The position numbers were made by a program, and so were the translations under genes. The notes under the pieces were generated by a model. It searched no databases. It saw only the letters and a program-made list of their open reading frames with translations, and was not told the DNA's origin. This document shows positions 44,528 through 50,850 of a DNA stretch of 52,672 nt, in pieces (within the stretch, counting starts at the first letter, position 1; every line of letters begins with the position of its first letter). The stretch is from IMG/VR virus record IMGVR_UViG_3300045988_182204. One strand, given 5' to 3'. This DNA is from a virus.

Positions 44528-44704
44528 CTAGATTTGTACACCCAGCTTCTCAGCTGCAGCAGAAACGACTTTCTCAACTTCCTCAGGATTTGCTTCGTTC
44601 CACTCATCCTGCATATCAGCTGCCATACAAAGCTCAGCACAAAGGTTGTAGTCCCAAAAATCAAGCTGTCGGATGTCAGCAGCAATTTCATGGGGATCAC
44701 GCAT
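44528..44704 (-). CDS. Hypothetical acidic small protein (58 aa)
   Basis: MRDPHEIAADIRQLDFWDYNLCAELCMAADMQDEWNEANPEEVEKVVSAAAEKLGVQI; follows GAGGTGA. Preferred over the overlapping track ORF 44431..44802, which reads as low-quality sequence. Confidence 0.5.
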   Translation of the reverse strand: MRDPHEIAADIRQLDFWDYNLCAELCMAADMQDEWNEANPEEVEKVVSAAAEKLGVQI

Positions 44705-44713
44705 TTAATCACC

Positions 44714-44851
44714 TCAAATTGGTCCAGAGTATTTAAAATGCGTGAGCAAATAGCCATCTGCATAATACTTTCGAAGTGTTTTGATGAGATCTTCCGGTTC
44801 ACAAGAAATCACTGAAAGTGCATCTTTCTTTGCAAAAACCAAGTGACACAT
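44714..44851 (-). CDS. Hypothetical small protein (45 aa)
   Basis: ATG 44851 follows GGAGG and is the first ORF after promoter 44899-44927. Confidence 0.4.
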   Translation of the reverse strand: MCHLVFAKKDALSVISCEPEDLIKTLRKYYADGYLLTHFKYSGPI

Positions 44852-44898
44852 AGTTGCCTCCAATTGTTTGAGTGTTTATTGCTTTTTCTTACAAGTAC

Positions 44899-44927
44899 AT
44901 CATACTCCTATTGGCAATAAATGTAAA
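44899..44927 (-). promoter_or_regulatory. Early promoter (CTCTTTACA-17-TATGAT) with a 20-bp upstream palindrome
   Basis: Minus-strand AAAACCTCTTTACA...GGAGTATGAT. The perfect palindrome TTTTCAAAATATTTTGAAAA lies at 44944-44963. Confidence 0.65.
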
Positions 44928-44965
44928 GAGGTTTTTGCGAAATTTTTCAAAATATTTTGAAAAAC

Positions 44966-45223
44966 TTAAAAAGTGTCCCGCAAGATGTATCCATAGATGA
45001 CTGTTCCAATGATCAAGCCAATTGTGAGATACAGTGGTGTGCATCCACCAAACACCCATTCCGCGACTCTGTAGACCAACAGAATCACAAAGGCGCTGAC
45101 AAATGCAGAAAGGAGACATGACCATATATATTTGATGAATCTCTTGATGAAGCTCCATAGGTCACTCAGGGAATCACGCTTATGTCTCAACAGCTGAACA
45201 AATATACTGTCGTTGTTCTTCAT
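44966..45223 (-). CDS. Small membrane protein (85 aa)
   Basis: Two hydrophobic helices (IWSCLLSAFVSAFVILLVY and LYLTIGLIIGTVIYGYI). Confidence 0.5.
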   Translation of the reverse strand: MKNNDSIFVQLLRHKRDSLSDLWSFIKRFIKYIWSCLLSAFVSAFVILLVYRVAEWVFGGCTPLYLTIGLIIGTVIYGYILRDTF

Positions 45224-45224
45224 T

Positions 45225-45440
45225 TTACAGCTCCATTTCTGTTCTTCTATTCCATTTTTCAACCACACTTTTCACAGCATTTCCGTATGGTTTTTCATTC
45301 GGAGACTTTGCGTCTCTGTATGTCGGAGTCTCACACCCGCAAGATGAGCAGTAGACTCTCACTCCAGAATCAACAAAGAGATATGCTTTGCCGCCACAAA
45401 AGGGGCAATTCTTAAGAATTGGTGCATTGATCTGTTCCAT
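45225..45440 (-). CDS. Lar-family restriction-alleviation-like Zn-ribbon protein (71 aa)
   Basis: CPFCGGKAYLF...VYCSSCGC...VEKWNRR fits the Lar pattern (CPFCGG...C..C...WN.R). Confidence 0.55.
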   Translation of the reverse strand: MEQINAPILKNCPFCGGKAYLFVDSGVRVYCSSCGCETPTYRDAKSPNEKPYGNAVKSVVEKWNRRTEMEL

Positions 45441-45544
45441 GGTCAGCATCCTTTCTAGGAAATTCACACTCAATACAGTCTCTGTCAAGGTGTGTCTTGA
45501 GTGGACACACCACATCTTTGGGCATGTTATATTTTGGGCACATG

Positions 45545-45760
45545 TTAGTAGTATTCATTACTATTCTCTCCAAGTCTTAGATGTTCTCTCCAGAAATATC
45601 CTGGAATCAGCTCAACAACTGCCAGTTTGTCATCTATTGGCTGTATCTGTAGGATGATGGGTGTATCATCCTTGGCTTCAGGATTGGACGTGTTGCATAA
45701 CTGCAAAATGGCTTGCCGATTGAGGCATCGGAAATAACTGTGAACGAATGTTTTCTTCAT
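45545..45760 (-). CDS. Hypothetical protein (71 aa)
   Basis: Internal ATG (MKKTFVHSYF...) following GGAGAG in track ORF 45545..45892. Confidence 0.4.
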   Translation of the reverse strand: MKKTFVHSYFRCLNRQAILQLCNTSNPEAKDDTPIILQIQPIDDKLAVVELIPGYFWREHLRLGENSNEYY

Positions 45761-45761
45761 C

Positions 45762-45953
45762 TCAATACTCTCCGTGATGATGCTCCTGAACGATTGGTAG
45801 ATAATAGTTGTAGCTGTTGTTATTGTGCATGCGGCGAAGTTTGTTGACAACATCGTCATGGCCTTTCTCGTAGCCATAGGCATAGCCAACATAGCAAGTG
45901 AATGCCAAGATGAGAAAGATAGTCAAAATAGAAATTGCTTCCTGAATTAGCAT
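45762..45953 (-). CDS. Small membrane protein (63 aa)
   Basis: N-terminal TM helix AISILTIFLILAFTCYVGYAYGY. Confidence 0.5.
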   Translation of the reverse strand: MLIQEAISILTIFLILAFTCYVGYAYGYEKGHDDVVNKLRRMHNNNSYNYYLPIVQEHHHGEY

Positions 45954-45956
45954 ATG

Positions 45957-46319
45957 CTATTCCTCACTTTCATTGATAGGTGCAAGCCAGTATTTTTCTA
46001 AGCACTTTTGGCATGTTGTTTCACAACACCTCTTGGGATCATCCAATGCTTTGTCGATTGCCATCGGGCAAATAATCAACACTCCATCAATAGTATTAGC
46101 ATTCGGGAACATCTTCAAAAACTCGCTCTGGCGGGTCTTGACGGGGTGGTCTTTTGCCCATTGCTCGACTTTTGAAACTGTTTCCTCCATACTTTTAATT
46201 GAATCGTCGTCGGCTTTAACCATGCAGCTCACGCCATTTTTACAAATAGGGCATTCTGTGCAGTGTCTTTGATTTTTACATAATCTGTTTACCGTCTTGA
46301 AAAATTCAACTGCGTCCAT
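45957..46319 (-). CDS. Cys-rich hypothetical protein (120 aa)
   Basis: CKNQRHCTECPICKNGVSC ... ICP ... CCETTCQKC. Confidence 0.55.
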   Translation of the reverse strand: MDAVEFFKTVNRLCKNQRHCTECPICKNGVSCMVKADDDSIKSMEETVSKVEQWAKDHPVKTRQSEFLKMFPNANTIDGVLIICPMAIDKALDDPKRCCETTCQKCLEKYWLAPINESEE

Positions 46320-46411
46320 TATATCACCTCAATTTCACTTTCAAAGCATACAGGCGGGCAAACTCTTTTACAAAATTTTATAATTTCATCATTTTGTGAT
46401 TTCATCTGGCA

Positions 46412-46624
46412 TCATTCCTCCTCAGGATCTATGAGGACAACCTGTTTGTTGTCCTTATCAAGCTCTCCAGCAAATACGGTGCATCTGCCATAGAGTTGGC
46501 TGTCCACAATATAGTAATGTGACTTCGGTGCTACTTTGCCAACAACGATGGCAGGTGAATTGTCAATCATGCGGACATGATCACCAGGATTGAACTTGGG
46601 TAAAAATGCACATCTTTGAATCAT
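46412..46624 (-). CDS. Hypothetical protein (70 aa)
   Basis: ATG follows AAGGAGGTGA. Confidence 0.55.
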   Translation of the reverse strand: MIQRCAFLPKFNPGDHVRMIDNSPAIVVGKVAPKSHYYIVDSQLYGRCTVFAGELDKDNKQVVLIDPEEE

Positions 46625-46854
46625 AGAGCTGTCACCTCCTTTTCTGCGAGTAGATCATAGATAGAAGTAATGTCAGCATTGACTTGGGTGATCCAGAACA
46701 ATTGGTTGTTGCGTGCAATAACATATGTCCTGTAGATCCTTGAGTGAGAACTGAAGTATTCATCAGCCTTGTGTCCAATGATTTTGTCTGACCTGATGAT
46801 GTGCCCCTCAGAGAGGAGCTTTTCTGCGAGTTTCTGAGTGTCAGTAATATTCAT
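46621..46854 (-). CDS. Hypothetical protein, paralogue B of a tandem pair (77 aa)
   Basis: Shares ...L.....I..D..IGH.......S...Y..Y.......F.I..VN....SI..L. with 46851..47120. Confidence 0.55.
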   Translation of the reverse strand: MNITDTQKLAEKLLSEGHIIRSDKIIGHKADEYFSSHSRIYRTYVIARNNQLFWITQVNADITSIYDLLAEKEVTAL

Positions 46855-47120
46855 CTATAGCACACCTCCGAATTGGTGATTAGATTAAAAATTGATGTAC
46901 AAGTAGTGTTGACAAAACGGATATAAAACATATCCATCCCAACAGCTACAATATAGAATTTATAGCTATGATCTAAGTGCTCAATGGGTTGATGACCAAT
47001 AACAACATCTTCCAAAAGAATCTCTCCAGAAGCAATCAATTTTTGAGCCAACTCAGTTTTCTCCTCCACAGACATGCTATGAAGTGGTACTGTGTCCAGT
47101 ATTTGCTCGAAAATTGTCAT
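46851..47120 (-). CDS. Hypothetical protein, paralogue A of a tandem pair (89 aa)
   Basis: See 46621..46854; ATG follows GGAGGTA. Confidence 0.55.
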   Translation of the reverse strand: MTIFEQILDTVPLHSMSVEEKTELAQKLIASGEILLEDVVIGHQPIEHLDHSYKFYIVAVGMDMFYIRFVNTTCTSIFNLITNSEVCYR

Positions 47121-47287
47121 TTGTCTGATACCTCCGTGTATAGTGCTTTGTGGAGCTCATACATTGCCTCGTCCTGAGACATGACTTTGAGCATGACATT
47201 GTTGAAGATCTTGGTGTATGCCACCAGAACTGTGTACTTCACAGGCAATGGAGACTGACGGATTTTCTCAACAAGTTTCATAGTCAT
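47117..47287 (-). CDS. Hypothetical protein (56 aa)
   Basis: ATG 47287 follows GAGGAGG; internal start of track ORF 47117..47380. Confidence 0.45.
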   Translation of the reverse strand: MTMKLVEKIRQSPLPVKYTVLVAYTKIFNNVMLKVMSQDEAMYELHKALYTEVSDK

Positions 47288-47645
47288 CTTCCTCCTCTTC
47301 AGTGGAATTGATGCAGAACACCTGAGTGAGGAACTTGGCGAGCTCAAGACCTTTCTGCTGATCTTCGATGAACTTCTCAAATTCGTCAGGAGTCATGTTA
47401 CCATGAGAGTAGCAGCAGACGGTGAAGCAGTTTTTTCTTCTGTTGTAGTTGATCTCGGGAAGATCAGAGTTCTGATAGTTGGAAGTCACAGTGTAGTTGA
47501 CAAAGAATGTTTTGTTGTCTTCACGAGTGATATCCTCGATGACCTGATACTCTTTGTTGTCACCAAAAAGAAGAATGTTGCGAAAGAAAGTGAAGTTACC
47601 ACCAGTTTTGCGCTCGGTGTTGACCAGTTTGTAATCCGTAATCAT
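47268..47645 (-). CDS. Hypothetical protein (125 aa)
   Basis: ATG follows GGAGGTA; acidic C-terminus. Confidence 0.55.
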   Translation of the reverse strand: MITDYKLVNTERKTGGNFTFFRNILLFGDNKEYQVIEDITREDNKTFFVNYTVTSNYQNSDLPEINYNRRKNCFTVCCYSHGNMTPDEFEKFIEDQQKGLELAKFLTQVFCINSTEEEEDDYETC

Positions 47646-47658
47646 AATAGAATACCTC

Positions 47659-47682
47659 CATGTACATTTACATGTACATTTA
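47659..47682. repeat. Perfect 12-bp tandem duplication (CATGTACATTTA x2) in a 37-nt intergenic gap
   Basis: On the mRNA it forms the hairpin UGUACAU-GUAA-AUGUACA, immediately 5' of the SD of gene 47268..47645. Confidence 0.6.
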
Positions 47683-47910
47683 TCAGTTATACTTGCGAAT
47701 AAGAATATTCAGTGCTTCGACAGTAGCAGCATCAACAGGCTCAATATCAGGCTCACGATCATAATTGTAAACAAATTTGTTGCCACGCTTGATAGTAAGT
47801 TTGGAGATCTTGCCACCATTGAGACCAAACTCTTCACTGGGCTCCTCATACGCCTTGATGGAGTATTCGAAAGTGGTGTTGTTGATTTTGATAGTGCTAT
47901 GTTCAATCAT
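47683..47910 (-). CDS. Hypothetical protein (75 aa)
   Basis: ATG follows ACGGAGG; first gene after promoter 47954-47982. Confidence 0.55.
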   Translation of the reverse strand: MIEHSTIKINNTTFEYSIKAYEEPSEEFGLNGGKISKLTIKRGNKFVYNYDREPDIEPVDAATVEALNILIRKYN

Positions 47911-47953
47911 TTTAGTTGCCTCCGTTTGTTTTCTTGCTTCTTATTGTGATTAC

Positions 47954-47982
47954 ATTGTACTCCTTCTGCAAGAAATTGTAAA
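47954..47982 (-). promoter_or_regulatory. Early promoter (CTCTTTACA-17-TACAAT) with upstream A/T palindromes
   Basis: Minus-strand AAAACCTCTTTACA...GGAGTACAAT. The upstream sequence AAAATATTTT / TGAAAATTTTCA lies at 47994-48014. Confidence 0.65.
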
Positions 47983-48011
47983 GAGGTTTTTGTAAAATAT
48001 TTTGAAAATTT

Positions 48012-48536
48012 TCAAAATTTTTGCAGCTCCTGTCTCAGCTTCTTGATCTTGCGCCTGACATTGCACGCTGGAACGCCAATCATGCGAGATATAGCGCTGG
48101 CAGAATATCCTTTGATATGGAGCTTGGCAACTTTGAAAAAGACTGTATCACTTTTACATATATAGTGTATCTGGGTGTAGATGTCAGATATGGCATAGTC
48201 GTCCTGTGGGTCAGGGATGGTGCATTCGATAGGAATTGGAACTGGTTCTTCGTTGCAGATTGTGCTGTTAAGGCTGACCGTCGTTTGGACTTGTCGCTGT
48301 ACCTTGCGCCACTCCATACTGATTACATTAGACATGCATAAAAATGCAAATGAAGAGAACTTTCCTCTCTTGGGTTCATAGAAATGTGCTGCACGGCATA
48401 ATCCAATAGCACAGAGATCGTAATAGTCGTCAGACAGATTGTATTTGTTAAGGTATGAATAGATGAGATTATGGTTATTGGTGACAAGATCTCGCTCTTC
48501 ATCTGTGAGAGTGAATGGTTTCGCTGGTGAGTGCAT
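48012..48536 (-). CDS. Sigma-70-family RNA polymerase sigma factor (regions 2 and 4)
   Basis: Region 2-like DLCAIGLCRAAHFYEPKRGKFSSFAFLCMSNVISMEWRK; region 4 HTH IKGYSASAISRMIGVPACNVRRKIKKLRQEL. It is the first gene of the leftward arm. Confidence 0.8.
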   Translation of the reverse strand: MHSPAKPFTLTDEERDLVTNNHNLIYSYLNKYNLSDDYYDLCAIGLCRAAHFYEPKRGKFSSFAFLCMSNVISMEWRKVQRQVQTTVSLNSTICNEEPVPIPIECTIPDPQDDYAISDIYTQIHYICKSDTVFFKVAKLHIKGYSASAISRMIGVPACNVRRKIKKLRQELQKF

Positions 48537-48576
48537 AGACGGTTCCTCCGGTGTAAATGATATGAGTTTTGAGATA

Positions 48577-48605
48577 ATTATACTCGCAATATCGAAAAAA
48601 GTAAA
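48577..48605 (-). promoter_or_regulatory. Promoter of the sigma-factor gene (TTTACT-17-TATAAT)
   Basis: Minus-strand CACTTTACT...GCGAGTATAAT, about 40 nt upstream of ATG 48536. Confidence 0.6.
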
Positions 48606-48668
48606 GTGAAAAGAACAGAGAATGAATAAAAAATGGACTGAAAAATAAAAATCGGTAAAAATCGGTCT

Positions 48669-48797
48669 AAAAATCGGCGTAAAATTGCAGAAAATTTTCT
48701 AAAAATCGGTAATTTATTGCAGAGAATTCTTCAAAAATCGGCGGAAATTTTGACGGTGCATCGTTATCCTTATGCACAAAAAGTACGCCGATTTTTT
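48669..48797. repeat. ~130-bp composite repeat unit A (direct repeat of 48878-49006, 209-bp period)
   Basis: AAAAATCGGCGTAAAATTGCA...AAAAATCGGTA.TTTATTG...AAAAATCGGCGGA...TCGTTATCCT...TACGCCGATTTTT. The unit ends are inverted repeats of each other. Confidence 0.75.
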
Positions 48798-48877
48798 TCT
48801 TTTCCTCGCGTCTATAAACGGATCATGAAAAAAGTGAGAGCGTGTGCGAAAAGAGAAAATCCCGTGAAAACGAGTAT

Positions 48878-49006
48878 AAAAATCGGCGTAAAATTGCACT
48901 TGAAGTACTCAAAAATCGGTATTTTATTGGAAGAAAAGTTCAAAAAATCGGCGGACTTTTTTACGATATATCGTTATCCTATTGTAGAAAATTTACGCCG
49001 TTTTTT
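48878..49006. repeat. ~130-bp composite repeat unit B
   Basis: Aligns by eye with unit A over most of its length. Confidence 0.75.
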
Positions 49007-49078
49007 TATTTTAATATAAATAGAATTAGATAATATATAAAATAAAAATAAAAATAAAAATTTAATAATAAAAGGGTA
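49003..49078. other. Extremely AT-rich tract (candidate DNA unwinding element)
   Basis: TTTTTTATTTTAATATAAATAGAATTAGATAATATATAAAATAAAAATAAAAATAAAAATTTAATAATAAAA, lying between oppositely oriented iteron groups. Confidence 0.55.
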
Positions 49079-49547
49079 GAGAAGAAAAAAATCGGCCGGA
49101 TTTTTCTGCAATAAATTCACGAACTGTGCAATAAATTTTACGCCGATTTTTCAACTTTTCGGTCCAATTTTACGCCGATTTTTGAGTCATTTTTTCGGAT
49201 TTTATTGCACACAAAAATCGGTATTTCGCCGATTTTTCATAAAATTCTGAAAGTGAATTATTGCAAACTCATTTCAAAAGTTTTCGGAAGAGTAAAGAAA
49301 AAGTTTACTTGGGTGGAAAAAACGGAGTTTTTTATTGCAAAATTCTGTAACGATTTTTTACAATAAACTGAAAACTTTTGAATCTGCAATAACGAAGTAA
49401 AATAGACTGAAATTTCTGAAAATTTCTGCGTCGGTGTGAAAAGGTGGCGGAGCCATTTTTCGGGTATGCACCCTGGGCTTTTCCGTCAGAGACGGAGAGA
49501 GCTGGTAGAAATGGGTGTGGTGTAGTGTGCTTGGGTAACTGAAAAAA

Positions 49548-49576
49548 TTTACAATAGGAGATGATCGTATTATAAT
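49548..49576 (+). promoter_or_regulatory. Promoter of the rightward arm (TTTACA-17-TATAAT)
   Basis: Consensus-like -35/-10 with 17-nt spacing, 29 nt upstream of the terS ATG. Confidence 0.7.
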
Positions 49577-49599
49577 ATCTCTAAAGAGATATTATAATA
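49568..49599. promoter_or_regulatory. Perfect 15-bp inverted repeat (2-nt spacer) overlapping the -10 and 5' UTR of terS: candidate operator
   Basis: TATTATAATATCTCT-AA-AGAGATATTATAATA. Confidence 0.6.
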
Positions 49600-49604
49600 T
49601 TACA

Positions 49605-50351
49605 ATGACTGGTGGTGATATAGTGGGTGCTTTTAAGAAAATTGAGGGAAGAAAAGTCTATATTGACTTCACTTTCATCGTTGCTGAAAAAGACTCCTAT
49701 GAGCGCACAATGCGCGAGAACATGCGCAAGGTTCATGCCCGCAACAAGGCATTGAATTTGTTGTTTCCATATCAGCATCTCTTGGGCAAGCGCAGAATTG
49801 TTGAAACTCCTGAAGAAATGCAAGAGTTGTGTGACAAATACTTCGAGTCCTGTAATGGACCTTTACGAGACAAATGGGGCAATGCAGTCACTGACAAGGA
49901 AGGTCATGCAATTATTGTACAGATCAAGCCATACACTATTTCGGGTCTTGCAGCTGCCATTGGCATGAGTACAACAACGCTCAAAAACTATACTTATAAA
50001 AGTTTGGCAGGAACTGTGCATCCCGAGTTTTCCAATGTGATTATGACTGCTCGACAAAAAATCGAGCAATACAGTGAGGAGCAACTCTTCAATCGTGAGG
50101 GTGTGACTGGTGCTGAATTCATGCTGAGAGCTGGATTTCGATGGTCTACGAAGCAAGAGGAGATCGAGATGGCTCGCAATCTTGCAACGATCAAGAAGAT
50201 GCAGCAGGACTATGAATTGCAAAAGAGACAGCTCAAGATCAAGGAACGCCTCATTGAGGGTGAAGATGTTGGCGACAATCAGGTCGTGATCAACATTGTC
50301 CGTGCAAAGCCGAAGAGTAAGAGTAGTGAGGTGATCGATGATGACGAATAA
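49605..50351 (+). CDS. terS: Terminase small subunit (Terminase_4-like)
   Basis: ...ELCDKYFESC...KPYTISGLAAAIGMSTTTLKNY...IMTARQKIEQYSEEQLF...GAEFMLRAGFRW fits the HTH-containing small terminase pattern. The start is uncertain because no ATG has an SD. Confidence 0.7.
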   Translation: MTGGDIVGAFKKIEGRKVYIDFTFIVAEKDSYERTMRENMRKVHARNKALNLLFPYQHLLGKRRIVETPEEMQELCDKYFESCNGPLRDKWGNAVTDKEGHAIIVQIKPYTISGLAAAIGMSTTTLKNYTYKSLAGTVHPEFSNVIMTARQKIEQYSEEQLFNREGVTGAEFMLRAGFRWSTKQEEIEMARNLATIKKMQQDYELQKRQLKIKERLIEGEDVGDNQVVINIVRAKPKSKSSEVIDDDE

Positions 50352-50841
50352 CTGTTCATGTGGCTGCAATAATAATTACAATATCAATTATGAAAAAATT
50401 GCAACGTCAATGCAAACGAAAATCAGCCTTGCTGATCCAAAGGCAATTGTTCCAAAATATGCGACTTCTTGTTCTGCTGGAGCTGATATTTTTGCAAGGA
50501 TCGATGAGGAGATTACTGTTTGGCCAGGGACAAGAGCTTTGATTCCAACAAAGATCAAGATTGCAATTCCCGATGGTTGTTGTGGATTGCTCCTGGGTAG
50601 AAGTGGTCTTGCTCTGAAGTATGGAATCTGTTTGGCAAATGGTGTCGGGCTGATCGACTCTGACTATCGAGGAGAACTCGGTGTCATCTTGCAAAACAAT
50701 GGTGGTGAGCCATTCAAGGTCAAAGATGGCATGAGAATTGCCCAGCTTGTAATTGTGCAATATCAGCAAACGAGATTCAAACAGGATTCTCTCGATGATA
50801 CAATTCGTGGCCAAGGTGGCTTTGGCTCTACAGGTGTTTGA
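50338..50841 (+). CDS. dut: dUTP diphosphatase (trimeric dUTPase)
   Basis: All five motifs are present: SAGADI, GRSGLALKYG, GLIDSDYRGE, RIAQLV, RGQGGFGSTG. There is an unusual 24-aa Asn/Cys-rich N-terminal extension if the start is 50338/50341. Confidence 0.9.
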   Translation: MMTNNCSCGCNNNYNINYEKIATSMQTKISLADPKAIVPKYATSCSAGADIFARIDEEITVWPGTRALIPTKIKIAIPDGCCGLLLGRSGLALKYGICLANGVGLIDSDYRGELGVILQNNGGEPFKVKDGMRIAQLVIVQYQQTRFKQDSLDDTIRGQGGFGSTGV

Positions 50842-50850
50842 GGAGGCAAT

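Larger units (their letters stand above)
48640..49245. repeat. Iteron field: at least 15 copies of AAAATCGG / CCGATTTT plus TTTATTGCA-type motifs; candidate replication origin/regulatory hub
   Basis: Forward cores lie near 48648, 48657, 48669, 48700, 48733, 48878, 48910, 48942, 49085 and 49213. Inverted cores lie near 48788, 48997 (degenerate), 49141, 49173 and 49230. The only ORFs here read as low-complexity translations of the repeats. Confidence 0.7.

Noticed and set aside
44431-44802. 123-aa track ORF on the minus strand
   Set aside because: The sequence is low quality and there is no SD. Two shorter ORFs with strong SDs in other frames (44714..44851 and 44528..44704) explain the region better. 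A small GNRA-type hairpin at about 44478-44495 lies in the remaining untranslated part.
48714-49033. ORFs 48714..48899(-), 48717..49019(+) and 48842..49033(+) inside the non-coding region
   Set aside because: Their sequences are translations of the AAAATCGG/TTTATTGCA repeats (for example repeated KIG/RRF strings). They have no SD and overlap each other in both orientations.
48640-49245. Possible CRISPR array, given the many short repeats
   Set aside because: The repeats are only about 9-16 nt, irregularly spaced, present in both orientations and AT-rich. There is no repeat-spacer periodicity and no cas genes.
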